Source of the DNA: an uncultured delta proteobacterium
GTDB lineage: Bacteria; Myxococcota; Myxococcia; Myxococcales; Myxococcaceae
Assembly (NCBI GenBank): GCA_963713045.1
Contig: CAVQKE010000004.1
Location: forward strand, 608,001 to 672,000
DNA length: 64,000 nucleotides
Direction: 5' to 3'
The notes under the pieces: model-generated
The model's input: the letters and a program-made list of their open reading frames with translations, nothing else
Told to the model about the DNA's origin: nothing
The model's database searches: none
Made by a program: the position numbers and the translations under genes
Shown: positions 28,946 to 39,183 of the stretch, one piece after another
Layout of the letters: every line of letters begins with the position of its first letter
Numbering within the stretch: position 1 is the first letter of the stretch

Positions 28946-29667
28946 GGATGCTTGTCGAGGAAACGGTCCAGGGCGTCCTTCTTGTTGGGGTTGAAGGTGC
29001 CAGTGCGGAAATAGGTGTCGCCAATGGACACTTGCTGTCGGGCTTGAAGCTCGACGAAGCGCTTCTCCCACTCCTCGGCAGTGACTTCCGAGGGGCCTGG
29101 CACCTCATGCCGGGGCCCCGGCGGCGGCGTGGGCGCTGCCTTGGATTTTCGAATTTCCGCGTCCACGCCCACCTTGCCTTCGAGTACCCGCACCAATGTC
29201 TCTCGAATCTTTGGAGGCCGCGAACCCGCCACCAAAGGCGTCGCGTCGACCCGGAAAATCGTCCCCCGCACTCCCGCCACCGCCCGGCCAGCCTTGACTT
29301 CGAAGCGTGAGGTGGACCCGGCCGCGACCTTCTTCACCTTGGCCCAAAATTGGCCCAACACCAGTCGAGCCGAGAAAGCGCCCCGCTCCTGGCCCGAGAA
29401 CTCTGCCACGTCCAGGACGAGCTCGCTGTTCGGACCGAGGGCTAGAGCCGTTCCGTCACTCAGCAGAAGCTTGACCGAGCCATCGCCAGCGGTGCGAATG
29501 GTGTCCTCAAGTTCGAGCGTCGTGCCCACCGACAGCGGCTGTTCGGCACCCGCTTTGGGGACGCGCACCGCTTTGCCCTCGAGCGCCGACACTTGGCCAA
29601 CCGCCGCAGCGGCGGGCGCAGCGAGGAGCAGGAGCCCGAGCCCAAGCTGTACCCGAAAGAGGTTCAC
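28942..29667 (-). CDS. FecR-domain secreted protein
   Basis: VGQVSALEGKA, DTIRTAGDGSVKLLLSDGT.LALGPNSEL, AVAGVRGTIF, VRVLEGKV. Confidence 0.85.
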   Translation of the reverse strand: MNLFRVQLGLGLLLLAAPAAAAVGQVSALEGKAVRVPKAGAEQPLSVGTTLELEDTIRTAGDGSVKLLLSDGTALALGPNSELVLDVAEFSGQERGAFSARLVLGQFWAKVKKVAAGSTSRFEVKAGRAVAGVRGTIFRVDATPLVAGSRPPKIRETLVRVLEGKVGVDAEIRKSKAAPTPPPGPRHEVPGPSEVTAEEWEKRFVELQARQQVSIGDTYFRTGTFNPNKKDALDRFLDKHP

Positions 29668-30860
29668 TTGCCGAGCGTCAGCTCGAGCGTGTTACCGCTC
29701 ACGCCCGTCACCGCCACCTTCTTACCGTGGAAAGTCTTCCCTTCCAGCTGCTCGGCCAGTGAGGCGGCCGTGCCGAGGTAGGTGACTTCCATCCTTCCGC
29801 GCCCGGCGGAGAGTGTTGGGTTGGTCAATTCCCGCACTCCCGCGCTCCATTGGGGAAGCTGCCGAGTGAGGGCCTGCAGCGAGGCGAAGTCACCGACCCC
29901 CACCACTTCCAGCACCAGGCGGTTGCCGTTCTGCTCGGCCGAGCGCAGCGACTCCACCACCGCCTGGCGGACCGGCGTCACAATTGCTTCGGCGTGCGCA
30001 CGGACCATGTTGTAGGCGCTCTCCTCGCGAGATTGAATGCTCATGTCTTGGACGCTGCTGCGAAGCTTTCCGGAGACCTTCGCCAGCTGGCTTCCGCTCG
30101 AGGTCTCAAAGACCCCGAAGTCGTAGTCCCCGGTGAGGGGAAAGGCCGCCCGCTGGCCGCCGCCGGAGAGCAACATCGCGTCGACTGGTGCATCTCGGAA
30201 GGCGACCGTCCCGTAGAGGATGATGTCCGCCGCGGACAGCGTGCCAATCTCCTTGGCCTCCACTGCGCCGAGGGCAACGGCCGAAGAGACGTGGACTTTG
30301 CCGGCGGCAAATGACGGGTCCACCAGCGTCCAACCGTCGCGCTTGAAGGCGTCGGTGAGGACGGTGGCGGTGACACCGGAGCTCACCGTGACGCCTTTGT
30401 CGTCGATGGTCTGTTCTTGTAGGAGGATGACGAGTCGACGCCCGGCTAGGCGGTGGACGAGGGCCTGCACCGCTTGGAGGTCGCGGTCCAGTTCCTTGGT
30501 GCCGACCAGGACCCGAACCGTCACCTTGACCACGCCCTTGTCCTGGGTTTGGGACAGCACCTGGTAGCTGCGCACGTAGCCGGCGCTGTGCGAGAAGACT
30601 TGGTCGCTAATGAGCTGACTGTTGGCCGAAAGCGTCTGCGCCGAAATCATCACCCCCGCCACCTGCTCCACGGCTTCCCTCAGCGCGGCCTCCTTGGCCT
30701 CGCGCGCCGCCCGGTCGACATTGCCCCCGACAATGGCCGCCTCACCGGTTGCTTCGCGAGTCACCACCTCGGGGAGCTTGTCCGCGGCCAACGCCGCGCC
30801 GGCCGCCAGCAGCGGGAGAAGCAGCCAGCGCGTCCGTGTGCTCCGCTCAGTTGTAGACAA
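29664..30860 (-). CDS. FlgT N-terminal domain protein
   Basis: EATGEAAIVGGNVDRAAREAKEAALREAVEQVAGVMISAQT...GYVRSYQVLSQ. Confidence 0.75.
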   Translation of the reverse strand: MSTTERSTRTRWLLLPLLAAGAALAADKLPEVVTREATGEAAIVGGNVDRAAREAKEAALREAVEQVAGVMISAQTLSANSQLISDQVFSHSAGYVRSYQVLSQTQDKGVVKVTVRVLVGTKELDRDLQAVQALVHRLAGRRLVILLQEQTIDDKGVTVSSGVTATVLTDAFKRDGWTLVDPSFAAGKVHVSSAVALGAVEAKEIGTLSAADIILYGTVAFRDAPVDAMLLSGGGQRAAFPLTGDYDFGVFETSSGSQLAKVSGKLRSSVQDMSIQSREESAYNMVRAHAEAIVTPVRQAVVESLRSAEQNGNRLVLEVVGVGDFASLQALTRQLPQWSAGVRELTNPTLSAGRGRMEVTYLGTAASLAEQLEGKTFHGKKVAVTGVSGNTLELTLGK

Positions 30861-31650
30861 TGGTCACCCGGCCTTCCGACAGCACCCCGGGGGGCAGCTC
30901 CTCCAACGCCCGCGCCTCGGCAGCCCCGAGGACCAGGTCCGAGCCCTGGGCCCGGGCTGCCTTCACCACCAAGGGCGCGTCGCCCACGCTCTGCGCCCGG
31001 CTGGCTGTATCCGCGCTCTTGTACCAGGCGGCGACCCCGGAGGTGCGCCGGGTGGCTTCAGAGAGCATCTCCAGGCCGTAGAGCACCTTGCCCACCTCGT
31101 CGAGAAGGCGCGGGGCGAGAACCGGCTGGACGCCGAGGCCGCGAACGTCGACCACCAGGCCAGTGTGTCGGTCTTTGCCCGAGCGCACGCCTGTTGGAGG
31201 CGGCACCTCGACCGGCGCCGGCAGGACCGCCAGGCTGATGGAAGCGAGGGGCACTTCCACGTCCAACTCGACGCCCTGGTCACTGAAGTAGCGCTTCTTC
31301 ACCACGCGGTAGCCTTTGATGACGCCGTCAACGCGGGCCCGGATTTCTTCCTGCCCCATCTGGTCGCCCACCGTCTTGTCGGCAGAGACGTGGATGCCCT
31401 TCACCTGGCCCAAAAGGTTGCGGAAGGCGTCCAGCTGGGCAGCCTTCTCTGCCCCGAGACGGGCCTGAGCGGGGCTGGTGGCCCGCATGTCCGGCGCACC
31501 CGAACCGGTTGCCTTCAGTACCTGGTCTTGCCAGTCGACCCCGGTCCGGCCGTCGGACGCGGGCTTGGACGCAGCTGACGGCGCGGGCTTCTTGTCGTCC
31601 TGGGCGCCGGCTGCAAGCAGCACGGACGCCAACAGCACCCACGTGGTCAC
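30847..31650 (-). CDS. LPP20-family envelope protein
   Basis: VDWQDQVLKATGSGAP..AQARLGAEKAAQLDAFRNLLGQVKGIHV; TGLVVDVRGL..PVLAPRL; GGGAGGA RBS + GTG. Confidence 0.75.
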   Translation of the reverse strand: MTTWVLLASVLLAAGAQDDKKPAPSAASKPASDGRTGVDWQDQVLKATGSGAPDMRATSPAQARLGAEKAAQLDAFRNLLGQVKGIHVSADKTVGDQMGQEEIRARVDGVIKGYRVVKKRYFSDQGVELDVEVPLASISLAVLPAPVEVPPPTGVRSGKDRHTGLVVDVRGLGVQPVLAPRLLDEVGKVLYGLEMLSEATRRTSGVAAWYKSADTASRAQSVGDAPLVVKAARAQGSDLVLGAAEARALEELPPGVLSEGRVTIVYN

Positions 31651-31770
31651 GAGTCCTCCCTCGGGAGCGACGGAAGCGTCATGAAATTCGAGGGGGTCCG
31701 CGGGTGTCAAGGAAGCGCACCCGCGCCCGGTTGCGTCCCCCCGGCTGTCGATGGACGGATGTCCCCGGTG

Positions 31771-32100
31771 TCAGTGACCGTTGCGGCCTTGCACGTAATC
31801 CCGGATGGCTCGCCGGTGTCTTTCGGTGAGGAGGGTAAATTTCACAGCATGGGTGTGGGCCGACTCGGCCTCCACCCATTCGCGCACCACCTCGCCTTCG
31901 GCGTAGATGACCTCGGCCGAGCCGGGCAGCTGGAACTGCAAGCCCACACGCCGGCCAGTTCGCTGCGGCTCTAGCAGACGTGCGAGGCGAACCCCGTCGG
32001 GGCTGATGTCGCGGGCGCGTGCCGTGTAAGGCACACCTCCCACATATTTGTTGAGAAGGATGTCGAGGGCCGCCCGGCCCGACCTGCGCTGTTCGTCCAT
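31771..32100 (-). CDS. Stand-alone PilZ domain protein
   Basis: EQRRSGR (RxxxR), RDISPDG (DxSxxG), LQFQLPG, AEGEVVR, AVKF. Confidence 0.85.
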   Translation of the reverse strand: MDEQRRSGRAALDILLNKYVGGVPYTARARDISPDGVRLARLLEPQRTGRRVGLQFQLPGSAEVIYAEGEVVREWVEAESAHTHAVKFTLLTERHRRAIRDYVQGRNGH

Positions 32101-32238
32101 GCCACCAACGGTAGGGCCGCCAGCCGAACGGTCAAGAAAGCGTCCGCGGGCAAAAGCCCCCCGGCGGCTGCACTTTTGGGCTAAACGAGCGCGCGTGCTG
32201 GGGGTATGGCCTCCAGCAACGAAAGGACTTCCCCGCCA

Positions 32239-33003
32239 ATGCATTCGAAGCCGTTGTTTCTCCTCGCCTCGCTGGCCCTGGCCAGTCCGAGCCTCGCCGC
32301 GGCTCCCGACGGCGGCGTCCCGGTGCCCAAGCCCGAGGTGCCGGTCGGGCCGCTGAAGACCGCCGACGACAAATCGCTCTACGTGCTCGCCTACGCGACC
32401 GCTCGCAACTGGGAGGTGCTGAATCTCTCCAAGGCCGAGCAGGACATCATGAAGAAGGGCATCGCTGACGCACTTGCCGGCACCAAGCCCTTGGTGGCGC
32501 TGCAGGACTACGGACCGCGCATCAAAGCACTGGTGGAAGCGCGCCAGCCGCTGGCCGCAGCAGCGCGCGTGAAGAAGGACCAACCTTTTCTCGACAAGAT
32601 GGCGAAGGAGAAGGGGGCGCAGAGCAGCCCGGACGGCCTGGTGTACATCTCCGTGGTGGAGGGAACGGGGGCCCAGCCCAAGAGCAATGAGGTCGCCCGA
32701 GTGCAGTACCGCGGGACCTTCGTCGACGGGAATGAATTCGACAGCACCTACCGCAAGGGACAGCCCGCTGAGCTGCCGCTCGACCACGTCATTCCCTGCT
32801 GGTCGGAAGGCGTGCAGAAGATGAAGGTCGGTGGAAAGGCCAAGTTCGCCTGTCCGGCCTCCATTGGCTACAAGGACAAGGGCGAGCCGCGGGGCGGAAT
32901 TCCGGGTGGGGCGGCGCTGGTCTTCGAGGTGGAATTGCTCGAAGTGAAGCCGCCGCTGCCGCCGCCGGCACCGACGCCCGGCATGCCAGCGGCGCCCAGG
33001 TAG
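32239..33003 (+). CDS. FKBP-type peptidyl-prolyl isomerase (FkpA/Mip-like)
   Basis: Signal peptide; EGTGAQP, YRGTFVDGNEFDST, VIPCWSEGVQKMKVGGK, IPGGAALVFEVELL. Confidence 0.92.
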   Translation: MHSKPLFLLASLALASPSLAAAPDGGVPVPKPEVPVGPLKTADDKSLYVLAYATARNWEVLNLSKAEQDIMKKGIADALAGTKPLVALQDYGPRIKALVEARQPLAAAARVKKDQPFLDKMAKEKGAQSSPDGLVYISVVEGTGAQPKSNEVARVQYRGTFVDGNEFDSTYRKGQPAELPLDHVIPCWSEGVQKMKVGGKAKFACPASIGYKDKGEPRGGIPGGAALVFEVELLEVKPPLPPPAPTPGMPAAPR

Positions 33004-33014
33004 CCCCGCAATAA

Positions 33015-33065
33015 CGAAGCCCGAGGACTTCTCGCCTCTGACAGAGGAGAGCGCCTCGGGCTTCG
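33015..33065. terminator. Hairpin between convergent FKBP and cold-shock genes
   Basis: cgaagcccgagg ... cctcgggcttcg, a 12-bp perfect inverted repeat. Confidence 0.6.
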
Positions 33066-33126
33066 GACGTTGCGAAGTGTTCAGCGCGCGAGCGCGCCCC
33101 CTTCCGACGTCTTGCTCAAACGGACG

Positions 33127-33330
33127 TCAGACGGGTCGGACGTTCTGAGCCTGCAGCCCCTTCGGGCCTTTGACGACCTCGAAGGTGACCTTCTGCCCTT
33201 CCGCCAGAGTCCGGAATCCATCCGATTGGATAGCGGTGTGGTGACAAAAGACGTCTTCTCCGCCACCTTCCTGCGTGATGAAACCGAAGCCCTTCGCGTC
33301 GTTGAACCACTTCACAGTACCAACTGCCAT
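33127..33330 (-). CDS. cspA: Cold-shock protein
   Basis: [34 protein letters not shown]. Confidence 0.95.
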   Translation of the reverse strand: MAVGTVKWFNDAKGFGFITQEGGGEDVFCHHTAIQSDGFRTLAEGQKVTFEVVKGPKGLQAQNVRPV

Positions 33331-33466
33331 TGCTGTTGCCTTCTTTCAGTGCTGGCCCGGGAATGAGCCCCGGGCCGTCCCTCGCCCGGGTCTTCCCGAG
33401 CGCAAGGTCGCGGCGTCATAAGAGCCGACAGGCTGGAAGTCAATTCCCTTTAGAGGGATTCCACTT

Positions 33467-35285
33467 TCACCATCCGCAGCGGCGCCCCTTGTTCTGTTCA
33501 GCCAGCCAGGCCTGTAGGGGCCCGAAGTACTCAAGTAGCGCCCCCCCGTCCATCTTGCGTTCCCCAGTAAGGGCCTGCAGGGCATCCGGCCAGGGGCGGC
33601 TTGCCCCGAGGGCGAGCATCGCTTCAAGGCGCTGCCCCGCCTCCTTGCTGCCATAAATGCTGCAACTGTGCAGCGGGCCTTGGAAGCCAGCAGCCCGACA
33701 CAACGCCCGGTGAAACTGAAACTGCAGCACCCTCGCTAGGAAATAGCGCGCGTAGGGCACATTGGCCGGCACGTGGTACTTGGCGCCCGGGTCAAAGTCC
33801 GCCTCCGTCCGAGGCACAGGGGGCGCAATCCCCCCGTCTCGCAGACGAATGGCCCACCAGCCTGCGTTCAACTGGCTGGAGGGAATTTTGCCGCTGAAGA
33901 CATTCCAGCGGTACTGGTCGATGTCCTTACCGAATGGCAGGAAGGCCACTTTGTCCAGGGCCACCTTCATCTGTTGGTTGATGAGGGCGCGCTCGTTGAC
34001 CGGCGGTACGACGTCGAGGATGCCCACCTGCTGGTAGTAGCTCGGGTTCACCGAAAGGGCGATGGCGTCACCGATGGCTTCGTGGAAGCCGTCATTGGCT
34101 CCTGCTTGGAAGAGTACCGGGAGTTGGTAGTAGGCGTGGAAATAGTAGTCGTGCCCCAGTTCATGGTGAATGGTGACCAGGTCTTCCTCCTGCACCTTGA
34201 TGCACATCTTCACGCGCAAGTCGTTGTGGTAGGTGACGTCCCAAGCCGAGGCGTGGCAGACGACTTCGCGGTCAGCCGGCTTTCTAAACATCGAGCGCTG
34301 CCAGAACGTCTCCGGAAGCTTGTCGAGGCCGAGTGAGACGTAGAAGGCCTCGCCACGCTTCACCATCTTGATGGGGTCATAGCCCTTGGCCTCGAGCGCC
34401 GAGGTGATGTCGAGGTTGCTGACACCCTTGTAGGGTTCGACCAGGGGGAAGATGTTTCCCCATTCCTGGGCCCACATGTTTCCCAGGATGTGAGCTGGAA
34501 TGGGAGCTCCGTCGGGAATGCGCTCCTTGCCGTAGACGTCCTGCAGCTTGGCCCTCACGTAGCAGTGGAGGGCCTCGTAGAGGGGCTTCACCTGAGCCCA
34601 AATGCGCTCCGTCTCCTGCTCGAACTCGGCCGGCGACATGTCATAGGCGCTCCGCCAGAGGTCGCCCAAATTGGCGAAGCCGTTGTCGCGCGCACCCTGG
34701 TTGGCAAGCCCGACGAAGCGCAGGTAGAGGGGGCGAATCTGCGCCCCCAGCGCATGCCACCCCGTCCAGGCGTCAAGCAACGCGTCCCAGTCCCGGCTGT
34801 GGGCCATGGTGTCGGAGAGCTGCTCCAAATCGCGGCACGGCCCTTTTCCGTCCTTCCCGCAGTATCTTGCCCTTGCCGTAGATGCCCTCCATCTTGTCGA
34901 CCAGCTCAGACAGCTCCTTGCGGGCTTTGGGGTCGTTGGGCGCAAGCAGCGTGTTGTTGACCCGCAGCAGGTACAACATCCGCCTTGTCTCCGAGTCGAG
35001 CTTCAAACCTTGGAACCGCTGCGCGTCCCGCAGCGCGTGCGCGGTGTAGGCCAAGACAGCGTCGTCGGCGTCTGCAGCCAAACGCTCGGTGTCGTCCGTG
35101 ATGTAGGTGCTCTTGACCCACTGCGCGGTCTGGTCGCGCACGTACAAGTCGAGCAGGTCGGCGTTCAGCTTCTGAACGAAGGCCTGGGCCTGCTCGGCCG
35201 TGGGGGCTTTGGGCTTGCTCGGCGCGGCGTTTACCTCAAAGGCCATCAGGGCGAGCGACACCGCCAGTGTCCGAGAAAGCGTCAT
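33467..35285 (-). pseudogene. M2 family peptidyl-dipeptidase A (ACE-like), split by a 1-nt insertion near 34865 (pseudogene or sequencing error)
   Basis: N-part 34773-35285 and C-part 33467-34945. Removing one A from GGC AAG A TAC TGC restores GIYGKGKYCGKDG. Motifs HHELGH, GANDGFHEAIGD, FDPGAKYHVP. Confidence 0.85.
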
Positions 35286-35383
35286 CAGGACTTGGCACCC
35301 TACCAGCCGCCCCTTGCGGATAGGGCGCTTTTGCAGCGCCCGCCGCTGGACAGCCGAGCAGCCTCATGCCCAGCCTTCGTTTC

Positions 35384-35888
35384 GTGGCTTCTACCGAGCT
35401 CTACCTCATCCGACACGGACTGGCCGGGGATGCGACGACCGGCAGCGACGACGGACGACGGCCGCTGACGTCGGCTGGCCGCAGGCGGACTCGGGCCGTC
35501 GCCAAGCGTCTTGGCGAGGTGGGCCTCCATGTTCAGCTGCTGCTGAGTAGCCCGCTGGTGCGCGCCTGGCAGACCGCCGAGCTTCTCCAGCACCAGGGCC
35601 TGTGCGACCGCCTGGAGGAGTCCACGCTGCTGGCGCCGGGGGGCGACTTTCGGGAGTGGCTCGCCTGGTTCAGCCGTTGGCGCCGCCGGGCCGCACACCA
35701 GCGCCTTGGGCTGGTGGGGCACATGCCGGCGCTGGGCGCCTGGGCCGAAACCCTCGTGTGGGGCGAGGCCAACCAAAGAATTGTCCTCAAGAAGGCCGGA
35801 GTCGTGGGCCTCACCCTCCCCCTCCCGGGGCTCGCCCGTCGGCCGCAGCCTGCTTTTCCTTCTCGCGGGTCCGCGGTACCTCATCTAA
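35384..35888 (+). pseudogene. sixA: Phosphohistidine phosphatase SixA, frameshifted in a C run near 35820
   Basis: ELYLIRHG, SSPLVRAWQTAE, LVGHMP, LKKAG; the proper C-terminus SRGSPVGRSLLFLLAGPRYLI* lies in another frame ending at 35888. Confidence 0.8.
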
Positions 35889-35891
35889 TTC

Positions 35892-36944
35892 ATGCGCGCC
35901 CTCCTCTTCCTCAAAGGCGGGATTGGCGACGTCGTCTTCGCCCTCCCGTTGGTGGGCGACCTCCGCGCCGGCTGGCCCGGCGTCGAGCTTTGGGTTCTCA
36001 CCCACACACAAGGCAAGGGCGTCTTGGACTTGTGCCCGGACGTCGCCCGCACCTTGTCCTACGGTCCGCTCTCGGCCGAGCCGACGTTTGGCGCTTTGCG
36101 TGCAGCGTTGGGGGGCGAGCGCTTCGATGCGGCCCTGACGCCGGTGCGCTCGCCTCGGGCGGCGTGGCTGCTGTGGAGGAGCGGCGCGCCTCTCCGCGCC
36201 GGCTTCCAAGGTGGGCCCGAGGCCTTCCTCTACACGCACCGAGCGCCAGTCCACCCTGTGGAAGTGGCCTTTTCCCGGCGCTTTGAACGGCTGGCCGCCG
36301 CGCTGGGCCTGCCCGTTCTCGGCCGTCCAGCACCTCTCCTCGTCTCCGCGCAACGGCGCCAGCGTGCCGCGGAAGCACTGCGGACAGCGGGATGGGACGG
36401 CGAGGCCCCGCTTGTCGCGCTGCACGCCGGCGGCGGCTGGCCGACCAAGCAGTGGCCAGTCGAGCACGCCGCAGCACTGGCGAGCGCGCTCGCTCGGCGT
36501 CATGGCCTGCGGACGCTGTTGGTCGGCGGAGAGGCGGACCGGCCGCGCGCCGAGGCCATGGCTGCCCAAAGTGGCGGTGCCGCGCTGGTGCAGGTGGGAA
36601 TTCCCGTCGAAGAAGTGCTCGCGCAGCTGGACTGGTGCACGGCCTCGGTGGGCCTCGACTCCGGCCTTTCGCACGCGGGTGTGGCGCTGGGGCTTCCAAC
36701 GGTGTCCCTGTTTGGGCCCAACGAGCCGGCCAGCATCGTCCTTGCCCCCACCCAGCGACTGCTGGTCCAGGAGGGCCTTTCCTGTCGGCCTTGCAACCGC
36801 CTTGGGAAACGGGGCTGCCCAGTCGGACACCACCGCTGCATGCGCGACACGACGCCGGCGCAGGTGCTGGCTGCACTTGAGCCCTTGCTTGCCCTGGGCG
36901 AGGTGCGGCTTCGGGAACGGGCGATGGCGGTGCGCTTCGGCTGA
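35892..36944 (+). CDS. Glycosyltransferase family 9 (LPS heptosyltransferase-like)
   Basis: GGIGDVV, LHAGGGWPTKQWP, GLDSGLSHAGVALGLPTVSLFGP, CRPC..C..GHHRCM. Confidence 0.9.
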   Translation: MRALLFLKGGIGDVVFALPLVGDLRAGWPGVELWVLTHTQGKGVLDLCPDVARTLSYGPLSAEPTFGALRAALGGERFDAALTPVRSPRAAWLLWRSGAPLRAGFQGGPEAFLYTHRAPVHPVEVAFSRRFERLAAALGLPVLGRPAPLLVSAQRRQRAAEALRTAGWDGEAPLVALHAGGGWPTKQWPVEHAAALASALARRHGLRTLLVGGEADRPRAEAMAAQSGGAALVQVGIPVEEVLAQLDWCTASVGLDSGLSHAGVALGLPTVSLFGPNEPASIVLAPTQRLLVQEGLSCRPCNRLGKRGCPVGHHRCMRDTTPAQVLAALEPLLALGEVRLRERAMAVRFG

Positions 36945-36959
36945 GGCCCACGTCGGGCC

Positions 36960-38114
36960 TCATTTGCTCTGCAGGTGGAGTGCCGCCTCCACGGCCGTCC
37001 GCGGGCGGACCACGCCCCAACCTTGTCGGTCGACGCTGATGCCCGAGACGCGCTCGGCCGTCTTCAGCAGCAGGCGCTTCACCTGGCCCGGCGTGAGGCC
37101 AGGGTTGGCTTCCAGCATCTGGGCTACCACCGAGGTGACGATGGGTGCAGCGAAACTGGTCCCGTCGACGCGCTTGTAGTGCTCGTCGATGACGGAACCA
37201 TCATGCAGGCCGGCGGCGATGACCTGGCGAATGAGGTAGGTCGGTCGGCCTTCCACAGCGTCGAGGGGGGCAAAAAGGCCGCGGTTTTCGGCGATGAGCG
37301 CGTTCAGCTCGCCGTCGGCTGCCGCGTCAAGCCTCGCCAAGAGAGCGGCCTCCCGTGCGGTCGGCGTTCCAGGAAGGATGGGGGCTGCGACGAAGTCCGC
37401 CAGGGTGATGATTTCCGGCTTCTGGACGCCGTCGATGGTGGGTCCATGCGACGAACGGTAAGGGAGCAGCCGCCCGAGGCTCGGGTCTCCGAAGTCGTTG
37501 ACCCCGCCCACACTGATGACCGCCGGCACGCTGGCCGGGGGCACCACGTAGCCCGGGCGGTCTCCGTTGTTGCCCACTGCAGCCACCACCACGATGCCCG
37601 CCCGGATGGCTGCCTCGGCAAAGCGTGACAGCGTGTCCTCGAGGTAACTCACCTCGTAGTCTCCACCGCAGGAAATGTTGAGAATGCGGATGTCATAGCG
37701 GGGGCGGTTCACCAACACCCACTCAATTCCCCGGGCGATGTCGTCGTGGTGCACGCGTGAAAGCGTCCCGACCTTCACCAGCACCAGGCCCAGCTCGGGA
37801 GCGAGCGAGCGGTAGCGGCCGCCGGAGAGAGCGCCGTTACCGGCCGCTACCACGCTGGACATCATCCCATGCCAGCTCGAGGCATCGACTTGGCTGAGGT
37901 GCTCCACCCCGGACTTTCGGCCAATGAGGTCGACGTAGCCATGAATTCGGCTGTGCGGTCGGGTGAGGTCGGGATGGGCGTAGAAGCCGGCGTCGAGAAA
38001 GGCTGCCACCACCCCCCTGCCGGTGAAGCGGGGGTCGGCGTCAAGCCTTTGGGCAACCGAGAGGGGCGCCGCCGCCGGCGCGATGGGGAGAACGGAGCGG
38101 GGAGCGGTGCTCAT
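36960..38114 (-). CDS. S8 (subtilisin-like) serine peptidase, cytoplasmic
   Basis: FLDAGF (Asp), WHGMMSS (His), AAVGN, DGTSFAAP (Ser); no signal peptide. Confidence 0.9.
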   Translation of the reverse strand: MSTAPRSVLPIAPAAAPLSVAQRLDADPRFTGRGVVAAFLDAGFYAHPDLTRPHSRIHGYVDLIGRKSGVEHLSQVDASSWHGMMSSVVAAGNGALSGGRYRSLAPELGLVLVKVGTLSRVHHDDIARGIEWVLVNRPRYDIRILNISCGGDYEVSYLEDTLSRFAEAAIRAGIVVVAAVGNNGDRPGYVVPPASVPAVISVGGVNDFGDPSLGRLLPYRSSHGPTIDGVQKPEIITLADFVAAPILPGTPTAREAALLARLDAAADGELNALIAENRGLFAPLDAVEGRPTYLIRQVIAAGLHDGSVIDEHYKRVDGTSFAAPIVTSVVAQMLEANPGLTPGQVKRLLLKTAERVSGISVDRQGWGVVRPRTAVEAALHLQSK

Positions 38115-38201
38115 CGGAGGTGGGTCCCCCTCTTATCGCGACAGGGCCACGGAGGGGCTGACACCATCAGTCGCTCTGGGGTACTCCAATGGTTCCAGCT
38201 T

Positions 38202-39110
38202 ATGGAGCCCCTCCGACTCAGCCTCGTCGACATGAACAACGGGGTGCCCAACGAGGCGGTCCGCTGTTTCCGAAGGTTACTGGAGGCGTTCTCGGCGCGG
38301 GTCCGTCTGGCCAACCCCCGGCTGTCGGTGGTGCTCGAGCGCGTCCAGCCTCGAAATCTCGGCGAGCTGCCCTCGCGACATTCCGACCTCATCCTGTCCT
38401 CCGGTGGACCGGGCTCGCCCCACGATGGCTGGGACGAAGCATGGTGCACCGGGTACCGCATCTTTTTGGACAGCATTCTCGACCGGAATGCGCAGGACCC
38501 CGAGCGGGCGCCGCGTGCGCTGGTGGTGTGTCACTCCTTTGAAATTGCCATCCAGCACTTTCGCTTCGCTGAGATGACTCGACGTCAGGAGCTGAAGTTC
38601 GCGATTTTTCCGGCGTACCTGACCGAAGAGGGCACCCGGTCCGACTTTCTCCAGCCCTTCGGCGAGCGGCTCTTCGTCTGGGAGCACCGGCGCTACCAGG
38701 CGGTGGGCCTCGACGCCCACCGGCTTCGGGACCAACAGGGCGCGGTGCTCGCGTTGGAGAGTCGTCCCGGCCGTGACGACAAGGGGAAGGCGTTGCTGGC
38801 GTTGCGCTTCGGACCGGGACTGGACGGAACCCAGTTCCACCCGGAGGCGGACCGACCGGGCGTTCTCGCGTGGATCCTCCGCCCGGAGCACACTGCCGCA
38901 CTCCAGGACGCCTATGGGCACTCGCTCCTCGAGCGGATGATGAAGACGCTGGACGACCCGGCCCGGCTCGCTCGGACCTACGCCCTGCTCATCCCAGGAT
39001 GGCTGACCTCCCGCTTTAACTGGCTCGCGCAGGCGCGCGGCCTGCGGCCGATTCCGCCTCCGGTGCAGAGCGTCCGCGACTTTGAAGCCCGGGTGCCATT
39101 GGCCTCGTAG
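38202..39110 (+). CDS. Class I glutamine amidotransferase-like protein
   Basis: LSSGGPGSP, VVCHSFE (nucleophile Cys), GTQFHPEAD (His-Glu). Confidence 0.85.
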   Translation: MEPLRLSLVDMNNGVPNEAVRCFRRLLEAFSARVRLANPRLSVVLERVQPRNLGELPSRHSDLILSSGGPGSPHDGWDEAWCTGYRIFLDSILDRNAQDPERAPRALVVCHSFEIAIQHFRFAEMTRRQELKFAIFPAYLTEEGTRSDFLQPFGERLFVWEHRRYQAVGLDAHRLRDQQGAVLALESRPGRDDKGKALLALRFGPGLDGTQFHPEADRPGVLAWILRPEHTAALQDAYGHSLLERMMKTLDDPARLARTYALLIPGWLTSRFNWLAQARGLRPIPPPVQSVRDFEARVPLAS

Positions 39111-39183
39111 GCCCCGCCTTCTGGTATGTCGGTGAATAGGCGATGGGCCGGCTTTCCGGGGCCCGAGGGAGGACTGACGGGGG

